This document shows positions 19,854-29,116 of a stretch of DNA of 64,000 nt, one piece after another. The stretch is taken from contig CAZSAP010000015.1 in the NCBI GenBank assembly GCA_964604705.1, positions 1,124 to 65,123 on the forward strand, read 5' to 3'. Position 1 is the stretch's first letter; each line of letters begins with the position of its first letter. The notes under the pieces were generated by a model. That model had not been told where the DNA came from, made no database searches, and was given only the letters and a program-made list of their open reading frames with translations. The stretch comes from an uncultured bacterium (GTDB lineage: Bacteria > Oederibacteriota > JAAXVQ01). The position numbers and the translations under genes were made by a program.

Positions 19854-20623
19854 GCGTGTTTCTTCCAAGCAATCATAGCGCTGGTGCTCAACGCAACGGC
19901 CAACCAGATCCAAAGACCTTGCGGCCACAACCAAAAGGCCAACCACGTCAAGGCGAAGAAGATGACCACCCACCAAGGAAACCGTTCCCGTGTAAACATC
20001 TCAACCACCACCGCAAACCCCAATGCCGGCAATGCCCAATACGCCAATTCCAAACCGGCGATGACGCGGTTGGGCAAGGCCAGCATGACCGTTTGCACCA
20101 ACCAAGCCACCGGCCCCAACCAGACCAAGTACACCACCCAACTTTTCAACCAGGCCGGGATGAGCGACAAGGCATGGTACACACCCAACGGAGGATACAG
20201 TCCATGATCGGCTTGTTCCTCCACCCACCCGGCCAATCGATTGTTCACCCCTTGACGAATCAAAGCATCCAGTTGTCCGGCCACTACCCCCGCGGGAATG
20301 GCCGCCACCAAGGCGAGCATAATGCTCGGCCCAAACGCATGACCACAGGTCTTTACCAACATGAGGGTCAATGCGGTCGTGACTCCCCCGGTGATGGTAT
20401 GATCGGGAGGAATGTAGGCCCCCACCGCAATCACACTCAACCACAAGAGTTGAACCAAGGCGCCGACCAAAAAACCCGTCGTCCAATCGCCCATGATGCC
20501 GCCAAACAAACCACCCACGATCAGTGGTTGCGAGATCATGAACATGCCGAACACGGCATGATCCAATGCCAAGAGAGCTCCCAAGGTTGCCAAGCCTACA
20601 AAGTGATCCAACGCTGCCCTCAC
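19850..20623 (-). CDS. PTS mannose family EIIC component
   Basis: Polytopic membrane protein with EIIC-Man-like organisation, directly between the EIIB and EIID genes. Confidence 0.7.
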   Translation of the reverse strand: MRAALDHFVGLATLGALLALDHAVFGMFMISQPLIVGGLFGGIMGDWTTGFLVGALVQLLWLSVIAVGAYIPPDHTITGGVTTALTLMLVKTCGHAFGPSIMLALVAAIPAGVVAGQLDALIRQGVNNRLAGWVEEQADHGLYPPLGVYHALSLIPAWLKSWVVYLVWLGPVAWLVQTVMLALPNRVIAGLELAYWALPALGFAVVVEMFTRERFPWWVVIFFALTWLAFWLWPQGLWIWLAVALSTSAMIAWKKHA

Positions 20624-20663
20624 GTTTTTATCAAATCTACCCGAACAGAACCCACACCCCAGA

Positions 20664-21167
20664 CTATTGGGGAGTTGATTCTCCGGGGGTTAAATATTTA
20701 GCCATATCCACATCGTCGTCGGTGGGAACCATGCGAATACTAACCTTAATGTTGTGTGCCAAGAGCGCTTGAAAACACGCAACATCCTGATCATCAATGG
20801 ATACCGCCCGCATGATCTGACGCTTGCCCGGTGAAAACCGCATCCCACCCACATCCACCCGCGTTACTGCCAGACCGCTTTCCACGGCGCGCAACACGTC
20901 CTGGGGTGTCGAGAACAGGAGTAAAACCCGTTTGCCGTCCAAGGGTGCTTTGCGGCAGGCTTCGGCAATGTCCTCCACCCGGCAAATATGCACACCCAGG
21001 TGCGAGGGCGTGGCCAGTTCCATCAAACTGCGTTGCAAGGTGTCCCCTGCCACCACATCGTTGGCGACGGCAATAAAATCCGGTGTCACCACTTTGGCCC
21101 ACCCAACGGCCACCTGCCCGTGAATCAATCGGTCATCAATCCTTACCAGTACCAAGTCAGCGGCCAT
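20664..21167 (-). CDS. PTS mannose family EIIB component
   Basis: LVRIDDRLIHGQVAVGW, the phospho-His motif of EIIB-Man/sorbose. Confidence 0.8.
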   Translation of the reverse strand: MAADLVLVRIDDRLIHGQVAVGWAKVVTPDFIAVANDVVAGDTLQRSLMELATPSHLGVHICRVEDIAEACRKAPLDGKRVLLLFSTPQDVLRAVESGLAVTRVDVGGMRFSPGKRQIMRAVSIDDQDVACFQALLAHNIKVSIRMVPTDDDVDMAKYLTPGESTPQ

Positions 21168-21591
21168 CGTTTGCTTCCTCACGATTTCCTTTGGGATTAA
21201 GGAGCTCGTTGGCGTCAAACACGCTCTGCCGTCCTTTGCGGTGCGCCAACTCCGCCAACCCCGGCAAATCCAGGGCGCTGCGGTGAGTCAACCCTTCCAA
21301 CAACATAGGCAAATTCACTCCAGTGACCACCCGCATGGGAAAGGTTTGGGATAATTCCAATGAGACATTGCTGGGCGTGCCACCGAACATATCCACCATG
21401 ACCAAAAATCCATCGGACGAAGCACCGTCCGATTGAATAATGGCCATCATCTTTTTCTTTAAATCCTCGATACCCTCATGCAATTCCAAGCAAACCGCAT
21501 CCAGTTCTTTTTGCGTCCCAACAATAATCTGGACCGTGTTCACCAACTCCTTGGCCAACTGACCATGTGTGACGACTATGATATGCACCAT
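21157..21591 (-). CDS. PTS mannose family EIIA component
   Basis: MVHIIVVTHGQLAKEL (His10 phosphorylation site). About 140 aa. Confidence 0.8.
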   Translation of the reverse strand: MVHIIVVTHGQLAKELVNTVQIIVGTQKELDAVCLELHEGIEDLKKKMMAIIQSDGASSDGFLVMVDMFGGTPSNVSLELSQTFPMRVVTGVNLPMLLEGLTHRSALDLPGLAELAHRKGRQSVFDANELLNPKGNREEANDGR

Positions 21592-21615
21592 ACGAACGCA
21601 CCCCCAACCCCTTCT

Positions 21616-23010
21616 TTAAATCACGACTAATTTCATAATCACTTTGGCTAAGCGCGACGGATCATGACGGATAAAATCCCCACCCGTGGCCAAACGCGCA
21701 CGCAGGACCGAAATGTTCCTACGATCCAATTCTTCCACATCGGCATCCGTGGCCATGACCGGCATGGCACCGATGTCCTGATAACGCGAACTTAATTCCT
21801 TACTCGGTGCTTCCGTGTTGACCAACACATACTGGATCAAATCCGGACGGGTGTAGCTTAACAGCGTGCGCACATGATCGGCCACCGTCATGCGATCCGT
21901 CTCCCCGGGTTGCGTCATCAGGTTGCATACATAAATCTTAACCGCGCGTGAAGCCGCGATCTCATCCATGATTCCGGGAACCAACAAATTCGGCAAAATA
22001 CTGGTGTACAGGCTGCCCGGCCCTAGAATAATCGCGTCGGCTTGCGCAATCGCTTCCCGCGTCTCCGGTGCCGGATGCACATCCGGCGGCACCAAGCGCA
22101 ACCGCTTAATCGGTTTGCGGCTCTGCCCAATGCGCGATTCCCCTGCAATGACGGATCCATCTTCCAACTCTGCTTCAAGGGCCACGGAGTCGACCGTGAC
22201 CGGCAACACTTGCCCACTGACTGCCAAGACCTGGCTGGCCGCCTTGATTCCGGAATAAAAATCACCGGTGACTTCCGCCATGGCGGTAATAAATAAATTC
22301 CCGAACGCGTGTCCTTCAATGCCCGCGCCCTGACCCTTGAACCGGTGCTGAAACAACTGGCTCATCAACGGACCGGTGTCGGCCATGGCGATCAAACAGT
22401 TGCGCAAATCTCCCGGAGGCAGCGCCTGGTATTCGCGACGCAAGCGCCCCGAACTTCCGCCATCGTCGGCCATCGTGACAATGGCCGACAAATTGGCCGT
22501 GTATTCTTTCAACCCCGAAAGCAACATGGGCAGCCCTGTGCCGCCTCCAATGGCGACCAAGCGCGGGCCGCGCTTCAAGCGCAAGCGCTCAAGTGGGGAG
22601 ACCGACGATTCGCGCTCCCGCGGCGGCAACAAAAAGGTGATGACCGAATACAAGCCGCGACGGAACGCCAGTACGGTGCCAATCAATCCCAGGGTCAGCA
22701 ATAGAAAATCGATAAACCGCAAACTTTGAATCTGCTTGGCCAGGGGGCGTACATCAATAATTTTAATCTCAAAGTTCCCGAAAATATGACCCATCGACCC
22801 GGAAACACCCACGCCAATCACGATCGCCGAAAACACAAACAAAGCGATCCAGCGTTTGAGCCGTATTCCCGGATGGAGCCAGCGCCAGCGAAACGACGGA
22901 TCCCAGCGCCGAAGGTTGGGACGCTGCGGGTCCTGTGTGTTGGATTCCATGTACCTCACCCATAAAGCGGAGCTTTCAGGGAAACCACTTAGCTTCCCTG
23001 ACGCGGACAT
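21616..23010 (-). CDS. YvcK/CofD-like gluconeogenesis factor (UPF0052) with an unusual ~150-aa N-terminal membrane extension
   Basis: LVAIGGGTGLPMLLSGLK...AIVTMADDGGSSGRLRREYQALPPGDLRNCLIAMAD, the YvcK signature. The N-terminal region has two predicted TM helices. Confidence 0.75.
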   Translation of the reverse strand: MSASGKLSGFPESSALWVRYMESNTQDPQRPNLRRWDPSFRWRWLHPGIRLKRWIALFVFSAIVIGVGVSGSMGHIFGNFEIKIIDVRPLAKQIQSLRFIDFLLLTLGLIGTVLAFRRGLYSVITFLLPPRERESSVSPLERLRLKRGPRLVAIGGGTGLPMLLSGLKEYTANLSAIVTMADDGGSSGRLRREYQALPPGDLRNCLIAMADTGPLMSQLFQHRFKGQGAGIEGHAFGNLFITAMAEVTGDFYSGIKAASQVLAVSGQVLPVTVDSVALEAELEDGSVIAGESRIGQSRKPIKRLRLVPPDVHPAPETREAIAQADAIILGPGSLYTSILPNLLVPGIMDEIAASRAVKIYVCNLMTQPGETDRMTVADHVRTLLSYTRPDLIQYVLVNTEAPSKELSSRYQDIGAMPVMATDADVEELDRRNISVLRARLATGGDFIRHDPSRLAKVIMKLVVI

Positions 23011-23123
23011 CCCGTCCGCTGTTCCTGCCTATCTCAAGTCGGGGCGCTTTGCCCCCAATCCCCCGCCCCTGTTCAAGGATGAGGCGCGGCCGCGAGGGAA
23101 CTCCCAGGCGCCCACATGCGGCC

Positions 23124-24074
23124 TTACGTGCGCCGCGGCAATTCTCCGTTTTGCAGCCACGAGATCAACGTTTTGTTGAATTCCCGGGCCGTGTGATACC
23201 CGCTCTTTTTCAAGCGTTGATTCATGGCCGCCACTTCAATGATAATGGACAGATTTCGTCCCGGCCGCACGGGGATAACAATGCGCGGCAGCTCAACATC
23301 CAGAATGTTGTACACCAATTCGTCCAACCCCAGGCGGTCGTACTCCTTGTTCTCGTCCCACTCTTCGATGTTGATCACCAACTCGATGCGCTTGCGATCA
23401 CGAATGGCACCGATACCGAACAAATTCTTGATGTTGATGATCCCCAACCCGCGGATCTCCATGTGGTGGCGGATCAATTCCGGACCGGACCCCATGAGAA
23501 TCCGTTCCGCGGTCCGTTTTATGTCCACCAGGTCGTCGGCCACCAACCGGTGCCCGCGTTCCACCAGGTCCAGTGCGCACTCGCTTTTACCAATGCCGCT
23601 CTTCCCCAGAATCAAGGCGCCGATGCCGTACACATCCACCAAGGTCCCGTGGAGGGATGTCTCCGGAGCGAGCTTGTCCTCCAAATAAATCGTCAAGTCC
23701 GCGATCAACTTCGTCGTAGGCATCAACGATTTAAAAATGGCAATGGGTTTGTCGGCCGACGCATCCAACAGTTCCTGCGGAGGTTCCAACCCCTGGGTGA
23801 TCACAAAACAACACACGTCCCATTGCAGGAGCTTTTGAAAGATTTCATGCACTCGGTCGCCGCTTAGCCCTTGCAAAAACGAGAGCTCCGTGCGCCCCAA
23901 CACTTGAATCCGCTCAAAGGCAAAGTAATCAAAATAGCCTGCCAACGCCAGACCGGGACGATTGATGTCCGGGACATTGATCTTGCGATGCATGCCGTTT
24001 TGTCCGGCCACCAACTCCAAGGACAACTTGTCTTTCTGCTCCATGTACAATTCTTCAATCCGCAAATTGATCAT
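23124..24074 (-). CDS. hprK: HPr kinase/phosphorylase
   Basis: Walker A GKSGIGKSECALDLVERGHRLVADD. HIEIRGLGIINI-type signature (here HMEIRGLGIINIKNLFG). Confidence 0.9.
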   Translation of the reverse strand: MINLRIEELYMEQKDKLSLELVAGQNGMHRKINVPDINRPGLALAGYFDYFAFERIQVLGRTELSFLQGLSGDRVHEIFQKLLQWDVCCFVITQGLEPPQELLDASADKPIAIFKSLMPTTKLIADLTIYLEDKLAPETSLHGTLVDVYGIGALILGKSGIGKSECALDLVERGHRLVADDLVDIKRTAERILMGSGPELIRHHMEIRGLGIINIKNLFGIGAIRDRKRIELVINIEEWDENKEYDRLGLDELVYNILDVELPRIVIPVRPGRNLSIIIEVAAMNQRLKKSGYHTAREFNKTLISWLQNGELPRRT

Positions 24075-24129
24075 GACAGACTCCGCCCCTGAACATTCAA
24101 CGCAGGTGAATCCTCTCCCACGCGAACAG

Positions 24130-24594
24130 TTAGTGTGCTGCTTTTTCTTCTTCCTGAATGACTTCGATCACATCGGCCACGGTCTGGGCCGTCATCAGTT
24201 TTTTACGGAAGTATTTGTCCTTCAGCAGGCCCGAAATCCGCGCCAAGGCCTTCAGGTGCGTTCCGGCCGTGCCTTCCGGCGCCGCCAGCAAAAAGAATAA
24301 GTACACCGGTTCCCCGTCCAAGGCTTCAAACGAGACCCCGCTGCGGGAAAGTCCGAACGCGGCCGACAATTCCTTGGCCGTATCCGACTTGCCGTGGGGA
24401 ATCGCAATCCCTTGACCAATGCCGGTGCTGCCCAGCTCCTCGCGTTCCATGAGGATTTGGACCATCTTCTTCTTGTCCGAGACATGGCCGTTTTTAACCA
24501 GCAACTCCGCCAATTCCTCGATGACTTCCTTCTTGTTCTTTGCCTTCAAATCGACCGTAATGTTTTTCTCTGACAAAAAATCCATAATACGCAT
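24130..24594 (-). CDS. ptsN: PTS EIIA-Ntr type (fructose-family EIIA) regulatory protein
   Basis: GIAIPHGK active-site His region, 154 aa, located between hpf and hprK. Confidence 0.85.
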   Translation of the reverse strand: MRIMDFLSEKNITVDLKAKNKKEVIEELAELLVKNGHVSDKKKMVQILMEREELGSTGIGQGIAIPHGKSDTAKELSAAFGLSRSGVSFEALDGEPVYLFFLLAAPEGTAGTHLKALARISGLLKDKYFRKKLMTAQTVADVIEVIQEEEKAAH

Positions 24595-24685
24595 GACACG
24601 TGCCTCCTTAAATACGCCGAACCTCGACTCGCTGAAATCGTAGACCGACGCCGCATCCGTCCACCGGACACGGCGCCGGGCAACG

Positions 24686-25216
24686 TTATTCTTTTACGTA
24701 CAACTTGTAATTGCCATCTTTCCGGCGGACAATCACACTCAACTGCCCACTGTGAACCTCTTCAAACACCATAAACGGTTGCTTGGACCCCTTCATTTGC
24801 AGGGCCGCTTCTTCACTGGTCATCGGCTTCCCGGACCAGGCTTCCACTTCCGCGATCCGGCCCACGCTGGTCTCACGCGGACTGCGCGTCAGCTCCGGCA
24901 GCGTGACCTTGGGACTCAGCCCAATGCCCGACTTGCGGCTGAGCTTATCGTGTTGACGCGTCAACTGATGCCCGACCTTTTCCACCAACAAATCGATGGA
25001 CGAATACATGTCCTTCGTCGTCTGTTTGGCGGCCACTTCGTACGGACCGTGCTGCGCCGTCACCTCAATCTGATGGCGATACCCTTCCACCTTCATGATG
25101 ACATGGACTTCCGTGTCCGAACCCAAAAACGTTTCCCACTTGCTGAAGCGTTTCCGAATGTACTGCTGAATGCCTTTGGTTACTTCCATTTGACGTCCCG
25201 TGATAATGAGTTTCAT
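24686..25216 (-). CDS. hpf: Ribosome hibernation promoting factor (long HPF)
   Basis: MKLIITGRQMEVT...HVIMKVE S30AE-family N-terminal domain plus a C-terminal dimerisation domain. Classic position downstream of rpoN. Confidence 0.85.
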   Translation of the reverse strand: MKLIITGRQMEVTKGIQQYIRKRFSKWETFLGSDTEVHVIMKVEGYRHQIEVTAQHGPYEVAAKQTTKDMYSSIDLLVEKVGHQLTRQHDKLSRKSGIGLSPKVTLPELTRSPRETSVGRIAEVEAWSGKPMTSEEAALQMKGSKQPFMVFEEVHSGQLSVIVRRKDGNYKLYVKE

Positions 25217-25298
25217 TGTTCCGTTCCTCCTTTGCGTGGTTACCTCATCTCACCTACCACCCATGAGCCCCGGGCTTAACGCCCGACGTCCACCGGTG

Positions 25299-26789
25299 TT
25301 ACTCCAAACGTTTGCGTTGACTGGCGGGAAGCAAGTTCAGTTCCTCACGATACTTAGCCACCGTACGCCGGGCAATTTGAAATCCGCGCTGGTTCAGCAA
25401 TTCCGTCAAGCGTTGATCGGAAAACGGATGCTTCGGATCGTCTTGGTTGATCAGTTCTGCCAAGGCGGCCTTTACGGCTGTGGACGAAATCTCACCCCCG
25501 TCCGCAGTTTTCAACTGACTGCTAAAAAAGTATTTCAATTCAAAGACGCCGCGCGGCGTCTGCGCGTACTTTCGACTGGTGACCCGGGAAATGGTGGATT
25601 CATGCAAATGCACTCGGTCCGCGATCTCACGCAGGGTCAGCGGCTTTAGAAATTCCACGCCCTTTTCAAAAAAATCGTGTTGCACTTCCACGATGGTCTC
25701 CATCACGCGGTAGAGCGTCTTCCGCCGCTGTTCAATACTGCGAATAAGCCATATGGCCTTTTGCAATTTTTCTTCCAAATAGGTCTTGGTCTCCGGAGAC
25801 ATTTCACCGCGTTGCCGCAGCATTTGGCGATAGGTACGGCTGATTTTCAGTTCCGGAATACCGTCGTCTTTAACGATGATAATGTACTGATCCTCGTGTT
25901 TTTCCACGATGACATCCGGCACCACATACTCCACGGTATCGTCAAACTGATGTCGGCCGGGAAACGGATCCAATCCGCCGATGACTTGGATCGCGGCCAG
26001 AACCGCTTCCCGCGGTACTTTTTCAACCTTGGCGATCTTATCCACTTGGCGTTTTTCCAAAAGTTCAAAATGAAGTTCCACGATTCTTTCCGCCAGGATG
26101 TCGCGTTCCGGCAAATTGCGCAACTGAATCATCAGGCATTCCGTAACGTTTCGCGCGCCGATGCCGACCGGCTCCAAGCTTTGCACCAAGGCGAGCACAT
26201 CCCCCACGCGCGCCTCATCCACGTCGGCCTCAATGGCTATTTCCGAAAGGGGCGTACTGAAAAAGCCCCGGTCATCCAAATTGCCTATGATCATTTCACC
26301 CAGTTGAAAATCCTCATCGGATTTACACACCAAGCGCAATTGCCAAAGCAGGTGTTCTTCCAGGCTCGGACTGCGCGTGACTTGCACTTCGGGAAGTTCG
26401 GAACGGTTGTTGTCTTGCTCGTATTTGGGAAATTCATAGCCATCGTCATTGAAATGGCGGTTCCACTCTTCCATATCAAACCCCAGAGGACCCACACCGG
26501 CGTCGGTCAGGGTCACTTCCGATGTGTGATTTCCACTTTCCAGGGGGATGGCCTCAGGGCCGGCTTCCAACGAAATTTCCAGCGGGGAGTTTTCATCAAC
26601 TTCTTTTTCTTCAAGCATGGGATTTTCTGCCAGTTCCTCACGGACCATATCCGTGAGTTCCATGGTGGGAAGCTGCAATATCTTGAGCGCATGTTGCAGC
26701 ATGGGAGTAATGGTTAGCGTCTGTCTAATTGTTTGCTCGAGTTTGACGTTCAAAACCACATTTTCCCTTCTAGCGGTTTTACCCAACAA
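25299..26789 (-). CDS. rpoN: RNA polymerase sigma-54 factor
   Basis: C-terminal RpoN box ARRTVAKYREELN plus an HTH. Gln/acidic-rich N-terminus. Confidence 0.95.
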   Translation of the reverse strand: MLGKTARRENVVLNVKLEQTIRQTLTITPMLQHALKILQLPTMELTDMVREELAENPMLEEKEVDENSPLEISLEAGPEAIPLESGNHTSEVTLTDAGVGPLGFDMEEWNRHFNDDGYEFPKYEQDNNRSELPEVQVTRSPSLEEHLLWQLRLVCKSDEDFQLGEMIIGNLDDRGFFSTPLSEIAIEADVDEARVGDVLALVQSLEPVGIGARNVTECLMIQLRNLPERDILAERIVELHFELLEKRQVDKIAKVEKVPREAVLAAIQVIGGLDPFPGRHQFDDTVEYVVPDVIVEKHEDQYIIIVKDDGIPELKISRTYRQMLRQRGEMSPETKTYLEEKLQKAIWLIRSIEQRRKTLYRVMETIVEVQHDFFEKGVEFLKPLTLREIADRVHLHESTISRVTSRKYAQTPRGVFELKYFFSSQLKTADGGEISSTAVKAALAELINQDDPKHPFSDQRLTELLNQRGFQIARRTVAKYREELNLLPASQRKRLE

Positions 26790-26948
26790 GCTATGGATTC
26801 CACCAAAGCATCATCAGACGATAAGGCGCTGTCATCTGCCTCACCCTCTTCGATGCAGCTTTTCCTACGGTATCAATCTTGCTACCGGTCACAGAAAATA
26901 TTTTTTCCAAGCGAAAAATTCAATTCTGAGACAGCTGCAGGACAGTTG

Positions 26949-26977
26949 ATTATAAAATCCCAACCTATATTTGTCAA
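26949..26977 (-). promoter_or_regulatory. Consensus sigma-70 promoter upstream of rpoN (TTGACA-N17-TATAAT)
   Basis: Minus strand reads TTGACAAATATAGGTTGGGATTTTATAAT. It is flanked by CTGCAG...CTGCAG and sits about 150 nt upstream of the rpoN ATG. Confidence 0.45.
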
Positions 26978-27031
26978 GAACTGCAGAATTTGTTTAAATT
27001 TGAAACATTTTTGGTTTCCAAACTTGTCGGA

Positions 27032-27760
27032 TCAGCGTCCCTCGGACAAACGCGTGGCTAAAATGTCAGGCAAACCGGCTTGATGTATTTTTTCTTGAGC
27101 TGCGGAAACATCGTACGCGACTGAGTGAAACGTTATGCGTGCTGGCGCATCTTCGACCAAAACCCAACGGGATTGGGGATTTCCATCGCGAGGCTGCCCC
27201 ACGCTCCCAACGTTCACCAAATAGCGGCACTTGGGGTCCAGGTCAAAACTCGTCCCTTTGATCCAGCGCAGGGTCCCGGGAACAATTTCTTCGGCTGCGG
27301 CCTGAATATGCGTATGCCCAAATAAACAAAGGCTTTCCGGGAACTTCGCGAAGGCCATTTCGTAGCTAAAACGATCCAGCGCATAATTAAACTTTATCGG
27401 GTCCATGGGTGAGGCATGCACCAGACGGGCATCGGCTCCAACTTTCACCAGCGGCCACGCCGCCAGAACTTGAAGCTCATTTTCCGAGAGCTGTTGCCGT
27501 GTCCAATGGAGCGCTTGTGCGGCCGGCGAGGACATTTCCTGGAGGTACAACTCATGCACCAGGGCTTCTTCGTGATTGCCGCGCAGCAGCACACGGCAGT
27601 GCTTTTGCACGCGGTCCAAGCAGGCCTTCGGTGACGCACCGTATCCGACCACATCCCCCAGACAAAAAATATCCTCCACCCCGTAACGTTGAATGTCTTC
27701 CAACACGGCGTCGAGGGCGTCAATATTGCCATGGATGTCCGAAATGACCGCTATGCGCAT
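27032..27760 (-). CDS. Metallophosphoesterase (calcineurin-like phosphoesterase)
   Basis: MRIAVISDIHGN...GDVVGYG...GNHE motifs. Confidence 0.8.
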   Translation of the reverse strand: MRIAVISDIHGNIDALDAVLEDIQRYGVEDIFCLGDVVGYGASPKACLDRVQKHCRVLLRGNHEEALVHELYLQEMSSPAAQALHWTRQQLSENELQVLAAWPLVKVGADARLVHASPMDPIKFNYALDRFSYEMAFAKFPESLCLFGHTHIQAAAEEIVPGTLRWIKGTSFDLDPKCRYLVNVGSVGQPRDGNPQSRWVLVEDAPARITFHSVAYDVSAAQEKIHQAGLPDILATRLSEGR

Positions 27761-27792
27761 GCCTTGCTCCTTAACCCTCGTGCGATTGCTCG

Positions 27793-28857
27793 CTACAGCC
27801 GAACGGCCGTCAACCGCTCATCGTCCCACGCGACGGCCTCCACCACCTGCATGCCTTGGGCATCGTGCCATTCCAGCTTGGCCTTTTCCCCGCGCGGAAC
27901 GTCGGAGTAACGTGCCGCGGCACCAAGCGCAAATGCACGCGCCTCGGGATCGTCGGGTGTGGACACAAGGGCCGCCGGTCCTTTGCAGTCAAAGGGTTGA
28001 ATAAATCCCCAGTCGCCGCGATACTGTTCCAGCCAAGCATTTTCCTGTTCGTTCCGACCGACAATGATTTTGCTCCCCTGCGCCAAGCGGAAATGCCGGC
28101 CCAAGCGCAGGCGGGTAATATCCTGATAGGTTAGCGTCTGCCCCGGCTGCATGGTTTTGCGAAAATCCGCAAACCGTCGGGCAAACGATTCGTCGGTCAA
28201 CACGCACCCACCGGCCGGCTGCGCATACTCTTGAATGCCCAGACGCGCGGCCAATTCCATCTGCGGTTTCCGTGTGCGCCCGGAAAATCCCAGCAAGCGC
28301 TGCCGGTCAATCAGCCCCTCGCGTTCAGGTTTGGTCGGCTCCAGGCATAACGCCGAGAGTGGGCGCAGCAAGAGATCGTGGCATCCCGAACGCCGTTCAA
28401 TGCAATCCAACGCGGTCTTGTTTTGGGACATGGGACGTTGTCCCGAGACCTCGCCGGTTATAAGAAAATCGCCGCCGAGTTCCTGCAAACGCGCCAAGGC
28501 TTTGCGTAAAAACAAAATTTTACAATCAATGCAGGGATTGACGTGCGCGCCGTACCCATAGGCAGGCGCGAGCAACATGCGGTAAAACTCCTGAGATACA
28601 TCCACGATTTCCAAAGGAACACGGGCCTGAGCCGCGACGGCTTCCACATGCGTGACCCAGGGATGCTCGCGCCCGAATTCATCGCAGCGGCTGCCGGGCT
28701 GACCGAGGTGAAAAAAGCCCGAATCAAATGTGATCCCGCGGACATCCACACCCAAATCGTGGACCACGCGGGCGGCCAGCAAGCTGTCCAGCCCTCCGGA
28801 AATCAAAGCCAAGGCCATCGGTGTCCGCGCCATCTGTTCATGCTCCTTTGGATACAA
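27793..28857 (-). CDS. PP-loop ATPase, ThiI-like tRNA sulfurtransferase core without a THUMP domain
   Basis: LISGGLDS PP-loop. LITGEVSGQRPMSQNKTAL resembles the ThiI LITGESLGQVASQT motif. CIDCK Cys pair. Confidence 0.5.
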   Translation of the reverse strand: MYPKEHEQMARTPMALALISGGLDSLLAARVVHDLGVDVRGITFDSGFFHLGQPGSRCDEFGREHPWVTHVEAVAAQARVPLEIVDVSQEFYRMLLAPAYGYGAHVNPCIDCKILFLRKALARLQELGGDFLITGEVSGQRPMSQNKTALDCIERRSGCHDLLLRPLSALCLEPTKPEREGLIDRQRLLGFSGRTRKPQMELAARLGIQEYAQPAGGCVLTDESFARRFADFRKTMQPGQTLTYQDITRLRLGRHFRLAQGSKIIVGRNEQENAWLEQYRGDWGFIQPFDCKGPAALVSTPDDPEARAFALGAAARYSDVPRGEKAKLEWHDAQGMQVVEAVAWDDERLTAVRL

Positions 28858-28870
28858 CCCATCCTACTTC

Positions 28871-28916
28871 CCAAAAACAAAAATCGGCATTGCGCCGAAG
28901 CACAATGCCGATTTTG
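28871..28916 (-). terminator. Intrinsic terminator downstream of the ferredoxin gene
   Basis: Perfect 10-bp stem ATCGGCATTG/CAATGCCGAT, followed on the minus strand by TTTTTGTTTTTGG. Confidence 0.65.
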
Positions 28917-28924
28917 AACCCACT

Positions 28925-29116
28925 CTATTCCGTAATAATAATCGCTTCCGCCGGACAACCGGTGGCCGCATCTTTGGCCTTCGCAGCCAGATCGCCTGCG
29001 GGAGAAGCCATGATGACCTTTGCCAGGCCATCATTGCTCATCTCAAACACTTCGGGCAGATCCGAAAAACACAAACTGCAGCCAGTGCAGAGTGTTGCAT
29101 CGATGGTTACCTTCAT
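28925..29116 (-). CDS. Small ferredoxin (single-cluster type)
   Basis: 63 aa. CTGCSLC...CP Cys spacing typical of 7-8 kDa ferredoxins. Confidence 0.7.
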   Translation of the reverse strand: MKVTIDATLCTGCSLCFSDLPEVFEMSNDGLAKVIMASPAGDLAAKAKDAATGCPAEAIIITE

